Shown here: one piece after another, positions 9,198-19,882 of the stretch
Position numbering within the stretch: position 1 is the first letter of the stretch
Layout of the letters: each line of letters starts with the position of its first letter
From: Aulosira sp. ZfuVER01
GTDB taxonomy: Bacteria; Cyanobacteriota; Cyanobacteriia; Cyanobacteriales; Nostocaceae
Assembly (NCBI GenBank): GCA_034530615.2
Contig: JAVRCV020000034.1
Span: forward strand, 1 to 64,000
Reading direction: 5' to 3'
Length of the DNA stretch: 64,000 nt
Translations under genes and position numbers: made by a program
The notes under the pieces: generated by a model
The model's input: only the letters and a program-made list of their open reading frames with translations
The model's database searches: none
What the model was told of the DNA's origin: nothing

Positions 9198-9730
9198 GTC
9201 AAATATCCCAGCACCGCTAACACAAGAAACACCGCATACAGCCCAGTTGTAGGGTAAAGTTTTTTAACTGCATACACCCCAACAGCCAGTATATCTACTG
9301 TAATCCACAGTAGCCAGCACTCTAAAATTTTCTTCGCCATCAACCACTGCGCAACTAAGCTGATAACAGTAATGGCAGCATCCCAGTAAGGTAATGCTGC
9401 ATCGGTGTAGCGATGCATAACAAAACCCAGGCTGAAACTACCTGCAATTGCTACCCCACCCCAAACTATTGCACCTAAGCGGGTAATCCGAGTGACATGA
9501 AGTTCTCCCCTATCCTTTCCTCCATGTAGCCAAGCATACCAACCGTAGATTTGCAAAAAGACATAAATCACTTGCAGAATTACATCTGAGTACAAACGGG
9601 CTTCGTAGAAAATGAAGATGTAGAGAAACACCATCACCAAGCCTGTAGGCCAGCACCAGATATTTTCTTTAACAGTTAACCAAACACTAATTAAACCAAA
9701 CAGCGCCGCAATAATTTCAATTTGACTCAT
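9161..9730 (-). CDS. pnuC: Nicotinamide riboside transporter PnuC
   Basis: Polytopic membrane protein with WPTG, QIYGWYAW, YWDA and WLLWITVD motifs. Confidence 0.9.
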   Translation of the reverse strand: MSQIEIIAALFGLISVWLTVKENIWCWPTGLVMVFLYIFIFYEARLYSDVILQVIYVFLQIYGWYAWLHGGKDRGELHVTRITRLGAIVWGGVAIAGSFSLGFVMHRYTDAALPYWDAAITVISLVAQWLMAKKILECWLLWITVDILAVGVYAVKKLYPTTGLYAVFLVLAVLGYLTWNKAFKKRLLV

Positions 9731-9806
9731 TAGGATAAAGCAATAGGCAGTGGACAGGAGGTGAAGCCGTCACAGGATGCAAAGCCTGATAAACAAGAGA
9801 AAAAAA

Positions 9807-12800
9807 TTACACTGGAATTTTAATGCTAAATTCTGTTCCTTCACCCAGAACAGATTTGCAACTCAGTTTCCCACCATGAGCTTCTTCAACGATTTGACGG
9901 GCGATCGCTAACCCCAATCCCGTCCCTTTTCCTACAGCTTTGGTCGTAAATAAATGGTCAAATATTTTTGATTTGACTGATTCACTCATTCCTTTACCAT
10001 TATCAGCAATGGTGATTTTAGCTAAATGATTCTCTATCGAAGTTGTAACGATAATTTTGTTAGGGTGAGCTTTGATTTGTGCAAAATCTCGTCCAGTATT
10101 CGACTCTTCTAATGCGTCAATAGCATTTGCCATAATATTCATAAATACCTGATTTAATTGCCCAGGAAAACATTCTATTTGTGGGAGACTACCGTAGTGA
10201 GTCAATACTTCAATTGCCGGACGTTGTTCATTAGCTTTGAGACGATGTTTGAGAATAAGAATAGTGCTATCAATGCCTTCGTGAATGTTAAAAGGCACTT
10301 TGTAATCTTTATCAGCACGGGAGAAGGTGCGAAGTGAAGTGCTGATATTTTTGAGCCTGTCACATGCCATAGTCATAGAATCAAGCATTTTGGGTAAGTC
10401 TTCTAAGCTATATTCCAAGTCAATTTCTTGGGCATGTTCTGTGATTTCTTCACTTTGGTCGGAGCAAGTTTCTTGATAGAGTTTCAAGTGTTCCACAATA
10501 TCAGCGATAGTGGGTTTAGCTTGTTTAATGCTCGCAGCAATAAAACCCAAAGGATTATTCATTTCATGAGCTACACCAGCAACTAAGTTGCCCAATGCAG
10601 ACATTTTCTCACTTTGAATTATTTGTAATTGCGCTTGTTGCAAGGCAAGTTCTGCAACTTTGCGATCGCTAATATCCATCATCACACCATCCCAAACGAT
10701 CGAGCCGTCGGCTTGCCGTTCCGGTCGTGATGCCGCCTGCACCCATTTCACAATGCCAGAGGTGGTAATAATGCGCCATTCCTGCTCAAAAGCTGTCAGA
10801 GTCTCGGCAGAATGAATGAACGCTTGGGTGAGGTTTGAGCGATCGTCTGGATGCTCGTGCATCCGAAAATTTGTGATACCTGCTAAGAAATCTTCGGCTG
10901 GCACTTCATATAGAGCTGCGCAGCCTGGACTAACGTAGGGAACTGAAACAGAACCATCAGGAGCAAGGCAAAGCTGGTAAATTATGCCAGGAAGATTATC
11001 CGCTAGCTTTTGAAAGCGGGCTTTGCTGGCACTCAGTTCTGCTAGCATTTGTTGGGCTTGCTCATAAAAACGAGCATTTTCTAGAGAAATTGCGGCTTGA
11101 GTGCAAAGTAGATTGAGGAGTTCCACGCGATCGCTTGTAAACGCTCCTGTAACTAAACTATTTTCTAGGTACAAAATTCCTATCAACTTGCCTTGATGCA
11201 AAATCGGACTACACAAGATACTATGAGGCTGTTGACGTACAATATACGGGTCATTCGCTAAAATTGGATCTGCTGTCGCATCTACCAGAACAACAGTTTG
11301 ATTGCTGTGCTTGACTTTGTAAATTAGTTTGTGGGGAATATCTTGACTATCTTCAACAGGAATTCTCTGCAACACAATTGGCTGTGTTCCCTGGGTAATT
11401 GAGCCTTTAATTAACAGCCGCGAGTCTCGTAACAGCATTAATACACATTTATCAGCCCCCGCATTTTCGATGACGATTCTTAGTAACGATGCAAGCAATT
11501 TTTCCAGTTCGATTTCACTGGAGATCGTGTGGGAAGCTTTGAGAATCGCTTTTAAATCTAGGGTATCTGAGACACTGCTGCTAGAATTGGCAGAACTTGT
11601 GGAAGTGACAGTCCCCAAGGGGATGATGGTTTCGTTAATTGAGAGGGTCGAACGAGTTTGCTGTAATATCGGGGCAAGTAGTTGGGGATAGCGTTTTTCT
11701 AAATCGGCGACTTTGGCTTTTGCACCCCATTTGGCGTAACAATAGTAAGCTTCTTGCATATAGCCGGCAGCAACTTTGGCTTTACCCCAACCCAAGTAGA
11801 ATTTAGCTGCTAGTTCGTTAGCTAAGGCTTCTTCTTGGATGTAGCCGTTTTCTTTAGCAAGAGCAATAGCGCGATCGTAATAATCTCCTGCTTCATAATT
11901 TTTGCCTAATACCCGGTATTTTTCTGCCTCTACCAAATCTACTTTATGTTGGTGATTCATGGGTGCATGATGTGCCCATTGCTTTAACCGGGTTTGGTTT
12001 TCTATTACACCCTGCAATGCTGCTGATGTTTCCTCTAATTCTGGATTCAATTGTGCCAAAGTCAGCAGCGAATCATAAAGATAAAATGCTGGTTCGCTGA
12101 CTAATCCTGCACCAGCCATAAAATAGCGTCTGACTTCAATAGCATGATTTTTCGCTGGCTCAATTTCTCCAAACAAGAAACAAAGCATTAATTTATATAA
12201 ATGGAAAATATACAATCCATATCCATCATTGGTGGATTGTAGCTGCTGGAGAAATTCTGTTTCTTCAAGGGCTTTTCCAGACAAAAATGTGGTGTATTCT
12301 CCAACACCCAGCAAATTTAAAACCGGTTGCCAATAAATCCGACAATAATTTGCGGTTGTCAATTGATTTAATTGCATCAAACTATGGCAGTAAGCGCAAA
12401 TATCCTGCTCTAAGGTAGCCAGGGGTTTACTGCACCAAAAAGAATTGAGACAAACACTGTGACCATTGTAACCAGCAAGTACCAGGTTGCCAAATTCTAG
12501 GGCAGAGGTGTAACCCTCTTGCAACATGGGAAGTGTTTTTTGAATGTGAGAGTTGCGGTGTACAACAAACAACCCCAAGAGCATCAAAACCTCTGTTTTA
12601 CTGGCTTTGGCATCGAGTTTTGAGATAATCTGGAGTGCCAGAAAACCAAACTGCGTTCCTGTATCTACGATTTGGAAGAAATTGCAGAGAATATTGCCAT
12701 GATTCGCATAGCCGTAAGTAGAAGTCGAAGTGTTACCGTACTGAATTGAGAGTTTAACGGACAAAGTATTCAGCAATGGGAACAACGCTGAACCAGTGAG

Positions 12801-15578
12801 GTAAGCTGCTGGGCTAATGATACTGGCAATCTTGAGAGTAGCGAGTTTTTCGGGATCTTGCATCTGTGGCAAGTTAACCAAATCGGCAATTTGCCTATCT
12901 CCAATCAGTTCCTCAATCTCTTGGATTTCCCGTTGCAGATCTGATGGTGTGGGTGTTTCAGGAAAGGTGACACCAAGCTGTTGTAAGACTGGTTGGGCGA
13001 TCGCGATCGCTGAAGTCAATTGACTTTGGAAAATCTGCGATTGAATTCTAATGCAGTAAACATTCACCTTTTCTAATAAAGAATGTGCCTGTTGAATGAC
13101 GGTATCAATGAACTGTTCCATCACCTCAAAATTACCATTTAGCAGTGCTACTTCTGCCGCTAATTCATGCAAGGCGAGGGTCATTTCATACTGCTGCTGC
13201 CAAGTCTTTTCTCCCAACAAAGACAATCCCACTGTGACATATTCACTTGCTGCTTGATAGGCGGTAGAATTTTTGGCTTTGCGAGATGCAATCAGATTAA
13301 GTTGTGCTAGTTCATTTCGTTGAATTTGTTCGCTAATTAAAGCCGTGCCGTAATTTAATTGATTGACGATTTCAAAAATCCGGTCTTCTCTTGCTTGTGC
13401 GGAAATCTGTTGCAACAGCAGTTGTCCGATTTGGTAATGAGTTGCCTGTTTTTGGTCGTCGGGAATTAGGGAATAGGCGGCTTGCTGGACGCGATCATGT
13501 AAGAATTTGTATGTAACAATCAGTTTATTTTCTGATGTAAGTGCTTGATTTTCTTGCCCGACATAAAACTTATAAATATCACCAATTGGTAAAATCAACC
13601 CTTCTTGCAAAGCTTTCCACAAAGCCGCAGCCGTCTCAATTTCTGATTGCTGCGAAACAATTGCTAAAGTTGCTAAATCAAAACAGTTACCAATACAAGC
13701 CGCTAACTGCAAGACATCTTGAGTTGATAGAGGTAATTTTTGCAGTTGCAAACTCATAAAAGTTACAACGTCATCTGTAACTGCTTGAGCCGTCACTTCT
13801 GATAGATTGCATTGCCAACAACCTAACTCAAAGTCAAATTGAATTAATCCATCTTGATGTAATGCTTTAAGAAACTGTGTAGCAAAAAATGGATTGCCTT
13901 TGGTTTTTTGATAAATCAATACAGAAAGATGCCATGCTATATCTTCTGAACATTTGAGTGTGTCAGCTACTAACTTATTTACTTGCACTTGACTCAGTGG
14001 TGCTAAAGTAATCGTATTAATCTTTGCTTGTGATTTAGCAATTTCACTCAAAGTCAACATTAATGGATGACCTGTGCTGACTTCGTTATCGCGGTACGCA
14101 CCAATAATGAAAAGATGACTTGTATCAGCCATTAATAGCTGCATTAACTTCAGCGATGCCGAATCTGCCCATTGCAAGTCATCTAAAAACATTACTAATG
14201 GATGTTCTGCACTGGTGAAGACTTGCGTAAAGTTTTGGAATAATAAATTAAATCTATTTTCTGCCGCCGTTCCTGATAACTCTATCGCTGATGGTTGTTC
14301 GCCAATAATTCTTGATAGTTCAGGAATGACTTCAATAATTACCTGCCCATTTTCGCCAACAGCATCTAATATTTTAGTTTTCCATTGTTGAATTTGGACA
14401 TCGCTTTCGGTTAGCAATTGAGCCATTAAATCTCGGAAGGCTTGCACAAAGGCACTGAAGGGAATATTGCGCCCAAATTGGTCATATTTCCCTTTAATAA
14501 AATAACCACGTTGTCTAACAATTGGTTTGTGAACTTCATTGACAACCGCAGTTTTCCCAATCCCAGAGAAACCAGCAACGAGCATTATTTCTGTGGCACC
14601 AAAACTTACTCTATCAAATGCTTGCAGCAGGGTTTGAACTTCAGCTTCTCGTCCATAGATTTTGTCGGTAATGAGGAAGCGATCGCACACATCACGCTGT
14701 GCAATTCCAAAACCCTCAACCTTACCATTTTTTTGGAGTTGCGCTAAACAATTTTCTAGATCGTATTTCAATCCCAATGCACTTTGATATCTATCTTCAG
14801 CATTTTTTGCTATTAATTTGCTGATGATTCTCGAAATGACCGCCGGAATTTCGGAATTAATTTCATGTACTAATGGGGAAGTTTGAGCAAGGTGACAATG
14901 CACCAACTCCATTGGATCATTTGACGCAAAAGGTAATTCTCCTGTGAGTAATTCATAAAAAGTGACACCCAGAGAATAGAAGTCTGTGCGATAATCAATC
15001 CCGCGATTCATTCTCCCTGTTTGTTCGGGAGAAATGTAAGCTAGTGTTCCTTCTAACACATTGGGATTCACTAGAGTTTGTGTTTCTCGTGGTAATAAAG
15101 ATGCAATACTAAAGTCGATTAATTTAACTTGTTTAGTTTCGGGATTAATTAATATATTGCTGGGTTTAATATCTTTATGAATAATGCGCTCGCGGTAGAG
15201 TATATCTAATGTGTTGCACAGTGCCACTGCTATTTGTAAAAATTCCTGTACAGACTTTATATGTAACATCTCTACGTGGTCAAAATAATTTTTGAGAGAA
15301 GTCCCGCCAAAGTCTTCCATTACCAGTGCATAACCATTTTGGTAAGGTTCGAGGCTATAGGTTTGAACAATCAAAGGTGAGTTGAGATTTTTGGCAATGG
15401 TGTACTGATTGCGAAACGATAAGAGTTCATGGAAGCTAGGATAAGGATTTTTCAGTAGTTTAATCGCTACTGGTAATGAGTCAGTTTCTCGAACTGCTCG
15501 ATAAACCAGCGTTCTGGAACCATTGTAGAGTTCTTCAATGATGCGATATCCGGAAATACTGACAAGAGTGCTAACCAT
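9807..15578 (-). CDS. Ser/Thr kinase - AAA ATPase - GAF - PAS - histidine kinase (HstK-type)
   Basis: IIHKDIKPSN, GFSGIGKT, FLDDLQWAD, GAF (LYLEN), PAS, VAHEMNNP, GKGTGLGL. Confidence 0.93.
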   Translation of the reverse strand: MVSTLVSISGYRIIEELYNGSRTLVYRAVRETDSLPVAIKLLKNPYPSFHELLSFRNQYTIAKNLNSPLIVQTYSLEPYQNGYALVMEDFGGTSLKNYFDHVEMLHIKSVQEFLQIAVALCNTLDILYRERIIHKDIKPSNILINPETKQVKLIDFSIASLLPRETQTLVNPNVLEGTLAYISPEQTGRMNRGIDYRTDFYSLGVTFYELLTGELPFASNDPMELVHCHLAQTSPLVHEINSEIPAVISRIISKLIAKNAEDRYQSALGLKYDLENCLAQLQKNGKVEGFGIAQRDVCDRFLITDKIYGREAEVQTLLQAFDRVSFGATEIMLVAGFSGIGKTAVVNEVHKPIVRQRGYFIKGKYDQFGRNIPFSAFVQAFRDLMAQLLTESDVQIQQWKTKILDAVGENGQVIIEVIPELSRIIGEQPSAIELSGTAAENRFNLLFQNFTQVFTSAEHPLVMFLDDLQWADSASLKLMQLLMADTSHLFIIGAYRDNEVSTGHPLMLTLSEIAKSQAKINTITLAPLSQVQVNKLVADTLKCSEDIAWHLSVLIYQKTKGNPFFATQFLKALHQDGLIQFDFELGCWQCNLSEVTAQAVTDDVVTFMSLQLQKLPLSTQDVLQLAACIGNCFDLATLAIVSQQSEIETAAALWKALQEGLILPIGDIYKFYVGQENQALTSENKLIVTYKFLHDRVQQAAYSLIPDDQKQATHYQIGQLLLQQISAQAREDRIFEIVNQLNYGTALISEQIQRNELAQLNLIASRKAKNSTAYQAASEYVTVGLSLLGEKTWQQQYEMTLALHELAAEVALLNGNFEVMEQFIDTVIQQAHSLLEKVNVYCIRIQSQIFQSQLTSAIAIAQPVLQQLGVTFPETPTPSDLQREIQEIEELIGDRQIADLVNLPQMQDPEKLATLKIASIISPAAYLTGSALFPLLNTLSVKLSIQYGNTSTSTYGYANHGNILCNFFQIVDTGTQFGFLALQIISKLDAKASKTEVLMLLGLFVVHRNSHIQKTLPMLQEGYTSALEFGNLVLAGYNGHSVCLNSFWCSKPLATLEQDICAYCHSLMQLNQLTTANYCRIYWQPVLNLLGVGEYTTFLSGKALEETEFLQQLQSTNDGYGLYIFHLYKLMLCFLFGEIEPAKNHAIEVRRYFMAGAGLVSEPAFYLYDSLLTLAQLNPELEETSAALQGVIENQTRLKQWAHHAPMNHQHKVDLVEAEKYRVLGKNYEAGDYYDRAIALAKENGYIQEEALANELAAKFYLGWGKAKVAAGYMQEAYYCYAKWGAKAKVADLEKRYPQLLAPILQQTRSTLSINETIIPLGTVTSTSSANSSSSVSDTLDLKAILKASHTISSEIELEKLLASLLRIVIENAGADKCVLMLLRDSRLLIKGSITQGTQPIVLQRIPVEDSQDIPHKLIYKVKHSNQTVVLVDATADPILANDPYIVRQQPHSILCSPILHQGKLIGILYLENSLVTGAFTSDRVELLNLLCTQAAISLENARFYEQAQQMLAELSASKARFQKLADNLPGIIYQLCLAPDGSVSVPYVSPGCAALYEVPAEDFLAGITNFRMHEHPDDRSNLTQAFIHSAETLTAFEQEWRIITTSGIVKWVQAASRPERQADGSIVWDGVMMDISDRKVAELALQQAQLQIIQSEKMSALGNLVAGVAHEMNNPLGFIAASIKQAKPTIADIVEHLKLYQETCSDQSEEITEHAQEIDLEYSLEDLPKMLDSMTMACDRLKNISTSLRTFSRADKDYKVPFNIHEGIDSTILILKHRLKANEQRPAIEVLTHYGSLPQIECFPGQLNQVFMNIMANAIDALEESNTGRDFAQIKAHPNKIIVTTSIENHLAKITIADNGKGMSESVKSKIFDHLFTTKAVGKGTGLGLAIARQIVEEAHGGKLSCKSVLGEGTEFSIKIPV

Positions 15579-15653
15579 GTTGCGCTCATCATAGTAATTT
15601 ATCGATTTATTATTCCCAGAGATATCAAGTCATCTTTAAGCCAGAGACAAAAT

Positions 15654-15722
15654 TTACATGGGAAGTTTGATGAGAAATTCAGTACCTTCACCCAAAACAG
15701 AGTTAAAACTCAATTTTCTGCC
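15654..15722 (-). pseudogene. 3'-terminal relic of a further histidine kinase paralogue
   Basis: Minus strand reads GRKLSFNSVLGEGTEFLIKLPM*, matching the C-termini of both intact kinases in the window. Confidence 0.75.
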
Positions 15723-15775
15723 GATTTTTCCGAAATTTTGATGATAGATTTCAGCATTCTTATGCTAGTTTTTAA

Positions 15776-16384
15776 TTAACCAATCGGACGATTACCAGGA
15801 TTTACCGCATGAATGTATTCGCTACCAGAATGCGGTCTGCCACGTTTATAATAAGCTTCCTCTGGTTGACCCCATCCTAACTGTAAAATTATTTCTAAAA
15901 AGTTGGAATTCTCCCACTTCCATAAACTTGCCCATTCTGTTCTTTGGGAAATTCTTTCTACATCAATTTGGTTAATTTGTTGATATTGTTTGCTGTTATT
16001 AAAACTCAAGTACAAATCCATATCTGAGGTGACTTTATACCAAAATTCTAATATAGAATTTTTGGCAGATTGTAATACCTCTAAGTCATGACTCAGAGCA
16101 ATTAACTCACTATCGATTTTGGGATAATTTACAGTTTTGCCTTTGACATTTACTTCATGCCAGATAATTCCTGAGACTCGATTTTCTCTTTGATAGTCGT
16201 GAATGGCAGCTTTAAAATCTTGATAAGCGGTGAACTTTTGCAGCCCATCAGTTCTGATAAACTGGTCAATCAAAGGATTGCCTGAGACTGTTACCTCTAA
16301 CTTTAGGCGTTCCCCTTTGAGGCAAGCTTGACGTTCGGCTGCCAAAATTTGGATGAGTTCTTCGGTAGTGTAAACCTTTGACAT
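15776..16384 (-). CDS. Hypothetical protein
   Basis: 202-aa ORF with no recognised motif. Confidence 0.75.
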   Translation of the reverse strand: MSKVYTTEELIQILAAERQACLKGERLKLEVTVSGNPLIDQFIRTDGLQKFTAYQDFKAAIHDYQRENRVSGIIWHEVNVKGKTVNYPKIDSELIALSHDLEVLQSAKNSILEFWYKVTSDMDLYLSFNNSKQYQQINQIDVERISQRTEWASLWKWENSNFLEIILQLGWGQPEEAYYKRGRPHSGSEYIHAVNPGNRPIG

Positions 16385-16411
16385 CAGAACACACTCTAAT
16401 TAGTCATTGGT

Positions 16412-16508
16412 GAGTCAGTGCAGTCTTGGGGAGCCAGTCCGTTGCGGGGGTTCCCCCGTTGAAGGAACTGGCGTGGTTTCCCCCATGAGCAACTGCGAAC
16501 CCGAAGGG
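16412..16508. repeat. Small dispersed repeat carrying a 43-bp nested insert (16432-16474)
   Basis: Host matches the reverse complement of 30091-30144; insert matches 3468-3511. Confidence 0.8.
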
Positions 16509-16659
16509 TAATTAGACATCTGATATGGACTATAGACTATGAATTAACTTTCTCTGTTGTTAACTCAGGTTATTTAAAGATTATCTCTTGGCAAAATTGA
16601 CAATGTAGTATCAGATATCACTAAAAATTTGGGCAGACCAATTTGGTCTACCCTCAAAG

Positions 16660-17244
16660 TTATTTACTTAGCTCACTGCTGAATTCATTGAAGGAACGCC
16701 GCTTTAACTGTACTGATTCAGTACGAGGTAGTAAATCAAACACTTCACGAAAGCGATCGTCTATTTCTTCAAAAGGTACTTGACCCTGCTTATTTAAAAC
16801 TACTTTACCTGATTGATCGAACACTACAACTTGAGGCACAACTCCAGAGTAGTAATATGTTGGATCGGTAGGGTCATCAGTCTTTTTGGATGAGAGGGTA
16901 TCTACACTGATAGGGAGAATCTCTGCTGCTTTACCGTAAAATTCCTGTACCCGGGAAATTGTGATGGCGTATTCCTTACAATCTTGGCTGTCATCGACAT
17001 AAAAAGCCAAAAATGAGGGCTTATGCTCTGCTAGGGATTGTGCTAATGTCTGTCTCGGAGGAACTAACGAACCATTACCAGCATAAACAACGAAAATGTT
17101 GCCGTCGTAATTGTCATCCTTAATACCAGCAAATGCTGGTTGGATATTTATAATCAACAAGCACGCAAGTAGCACCAGAGCTTTAGAAATCAATTGTTGC
17201 CAATTAGTTTTTTTATGTAAAAAAGGAAACTTTAAGCCATTCAT
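16660..17244 (-). CDS. Thioredoxin-fold thylakoid protein (photosystem I accumulation factor, Slr1796-like)
   Basis: Signal/TM segment, YDGNIFVVYAGNGSLVPP, FYVDDSQDCK, VPQVVV. Confidence 0.75.
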   Translation of the reverse strand: MNGLKFPFLHKKTNWQQLISKALVLLACLLIINIQPAFAGIKDDNYDGNIFVVYAGNGSLVPPRQTLAQSLAEHKPSFLAFYVDDSQDCKEYAITISRVQEFYGKAAEILPISVDTLSSKKTDDPTDPTYYYSGVVPQVVVFDQSGKVVLNKQGQVPFEEIDDRFREVFDLLPRTESVQLKRRSFNEFSSELSK

Positions 17245-17675
17245 CAAAAGAGACCTTGAGAGCTACTATTTTGTGGGTTTGTGCTGAATTCAGCAAGCAG
17301 CGCTGGATATATGATTACGTCCTGGCACCATTTTTTAAGATAACGCCTTTGGGGACTGGGGAGTGTGGGGAGTGTGGGGAAACAAGGTGGACAAGGGGGA
17401 CAAGGGGGACAAGAAATTTTAGATTTTAGATTTTGCGAAAAGTTGCAAGGAGGGTTTCCCTCCGTAGCAAACTTTTCAAGACGGATTTTAGATTGAAATC
17501 CAATCCAAAAGACGCTCGCGGACTCGCTAACGCTGCGCTAACGCAAATCCAAAATCCAAAATTGTTTCCAATGCCCGATGCCCCATTCCCAATATTTAAT
17601 ATCGACTGGCTTTTTGAGCAAGGATTCGCTAAACTCACAAAATTAATTTAAAACTTAAGCTATTAGCTAACTACT

Positions 17676-19016
17676 GTGGCAAACAAAATACAACTTATAG
17701 ATAGATTCAGACTTGGTTTGGCGGTGTTGGTGGCGAAAAGCGTGACGTTTATAGTGCGATCGCTCCGCTTAGGTGCTGCTAGTGTATTACCAGGCTCGAT
17801 TGCCCGTCGTATTGAACCCCGACTACTGCAATTATTGAGTCAGCAGGTGAAACAAGGGGCAATTCTGATTGCTGGCACTAATGGTAAAACTACCACATCG
17901 CTGCTATTACGGGAGATATTGGAACGTAAAGGCTACCGCGTTTCTCATAACTCCACAGGTGCAAATCTGGAAAATGGCTTGATGACAGCGCTGATGGATA
18001 ACGCTAGCTTAACGGGTAGCTTAGATGTTGATTACGCCATTTTAGAAGTTGATGAGAACATCTTACCTAGGGTATTAGCACCGATTCAACCAAAGCTGAT
18101 CCTGTGTTTAAATCTGTTCCGCGACCAACTCGACAGGTACGGAGAAGTCGATACTATTAGTAAACGCTGGGGAAAGGCGATCGCTACTTTACCACCTGAA
18201 ACTATCGTAGTGGCAAATGCTGATGACCCAACAATCTGCTATCTCGGTCAACAATTATCGCAACAGCGCGTCTCATTTTTCGGTTTGACTGAACCGGAAC
18301 ATTATTTAGAAGCAATTCCCCATGCTGTCGATTCTATCTATTGCCCCAGATGCGGACAAGCTCTCGACTACAAAGGCGTTTACCTGTCCCACATGGGCGA
18401 ATATAGCTGTTCTAAATGCGGCTTTAGTAGAAGTCAACCCAGCCTCAACAGTAGCGAATGGCCGCAAATTCTTGTGGGCTTGTACAACAAATACAATACC
18501 TTAGCTGCTGCCACTGCTGCCCAAGAATTAGGAGTTGATGCAGCTACTATCCGCGATACCATTCCCAACTTCCAAGCAGCTTTCGGACGTGCTGAAGAGT
18601 TGGAAATCAACGGCAAAAAGGTACGGATTTTATTATCAAAAAATCCTGTAGGGACTAATGAAACTATTCGCGTAGTCACTCAAAGTACAGATAAAACTAC
18701 TTTGCTAGTCTTAAACGACCGAGTGCAAGATGGCGAAGATGTATCTTGGATTTGGGATGTAGATACAGAAAAACTAGTCCAGCGTGGAGGTACTTTAGTT
18801 GTGAGTGGCGATCGCGCTTATGATATGGCCTTACGTTTGCGTTACAGCGATCCCAATCCTGAAACTAATTTTAATCTAATTGTGGAAGAAGATTTACGTG
18901 ATGCTATCAACACAGCATTAGCGCGTACACCCAACAACGAAACGCTGCATATTTTACCCACATATACAGCGATGTTGAGTGTCCGCGAAGTATTAACTGG
19001 GAGGAAAATTCGGTAA
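17676..19016 (+). CDS. murT: MurT-like Mur ligase (DUF1727)
   Basis: GTNGKTTT, GANL, LNLFRDQLDRYGE, CPRC/CSKC zinc finger, DGEDVSWIWD. Confidence 0.88.
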   Translation: MANKIQLIDRFRLGLAVLVAKSVTFIVRSLRLGAASVLPGSIARRIEPRLLQLLSQQVKQGAILIAGTNGKTTTSLLLREILERKGYRVSHNSTGANLENGLMTALMDNASLTGSLDVDYAILEVDENILPRVLAPIQPKLILCLNLFRDQLDRYGEVDTISKRWGKAIATLPPETIVVANADDPTICYLGQQLSQQRVSFFGLTEPEHYLEAIPHAVDSIYCPRCGQALDYKGVYLSHMGEYSCSKCGFSRSQPSLNSSEWPQILVGLYNKYNTLAAATAAQELGVDAATIRDTIPNFQAAFGRAEELEINGKKVRILLSKNPVGTNETIRVVTQSTDKTTLLVLNDRVQDGEDVSWIWDVDTEKLVQRGGTLVVSGDRAYDMALRLRYSDPNPETNFNLIVEEDLRDAINTALARTPNNETLHILPTYTAMLSVREVLTGRKIR

Positions 19017-19106
19017 TTTGGGAATGGGGCATGGGGCATTGGGCATTGGGCATTTCTCCCCACACTCCCCACACTTCCCTGCTCCCTTGTCCCCCTTCCT
19101 TCCAAG

Positions 19107-19508
19107 TTATTGCAACTTAACCGCTGCACGCTGAATTGGCAGCACTTCTTCTAAAGCCAACTCATGGTCAGCTGTTAGATGGCTGCTACAGCAAATAGTA
19201 CTAAAGAAAACTTTTTGACCAACTACTTCCGAAAAATGCTTTTCTAAAAGTAAGCGGGAGGTAATATCTCCTAATAATTCTGAAATGTCTTTGGTGAGTT
19301 GGTCTTTATCATCACGGTGAACCATTCTAAATTTAAACTTGGTTTCACCGACTAAATCTTTAACAGCTGAATCAAAATTATCTTTTTTACTTTGAACATA
19401 AGCAAAAGATTGTTCTTCCAAGAACTTCCATGCTTCGGGGAAAATCTCCCGAATTTTTTCGAGATGATTCTCTGTTTGGTAGACTAATGTAGCAGTTTTA
19501 CAATCCAT
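19107..19508 (-). CDS. Hypothetical protein
   Basis: ORF between murT and gatD on the opposite strand; ATG at 19508. Confidence 0.7.
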   Translation of the reverse strand: MDCKTATLVYQTENHLEKIREIFPEAWKFLEEQSFAYVQSKKDNFDSAVKDLVGETKFKFRMVHRDDKDQLTKDISELLGDITSRLLLEKHFSEVVGQKVFFSTICCSSHLTADHELALEEVLPIQRAAVKLQ

Positions 19509-19882
19509 AAAGCAATTTTTCAGGTTGTGAAACAAACCTATGCCAATCTGTAATCTTACGGCTCAACAGGAAAAGTGAAACTGAATTTTTAAAATTCCCT
19601 GGTAACTCTTTTGGGATTATCGGCAAAATGTTACTGCAAAACTGTTACATAAAATACGAATAAACATAGCAACTAAGCCAAATGTGCGATATGCTTACCC
19701 AAACTCTAGATATACACCGGATTTTCCGAAAATGAAGAGAAAAAAATATGAGTAATCCACTTACGCAACAGACATAACTAAGGATAAAAACTTTTTAGTT
19801 AGACGCTCATGTGATAAATCTCACAACCAGGGCATGAAAATCAATGCCCTATGCCCTATGCCCCATTCCCAAATTAGCTTAT

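Noticed and set aside
9731..9806. NAD-sensing riboswitch upstream of pnuC
   Set aside because: Only 76 bp, and I could not fold a convincing aptamer.
17426..17651. Opposing 70-72 aa ORFs upstream of murT
   Set aside because: Composed of heptamer repeats and small dispersed repeats.
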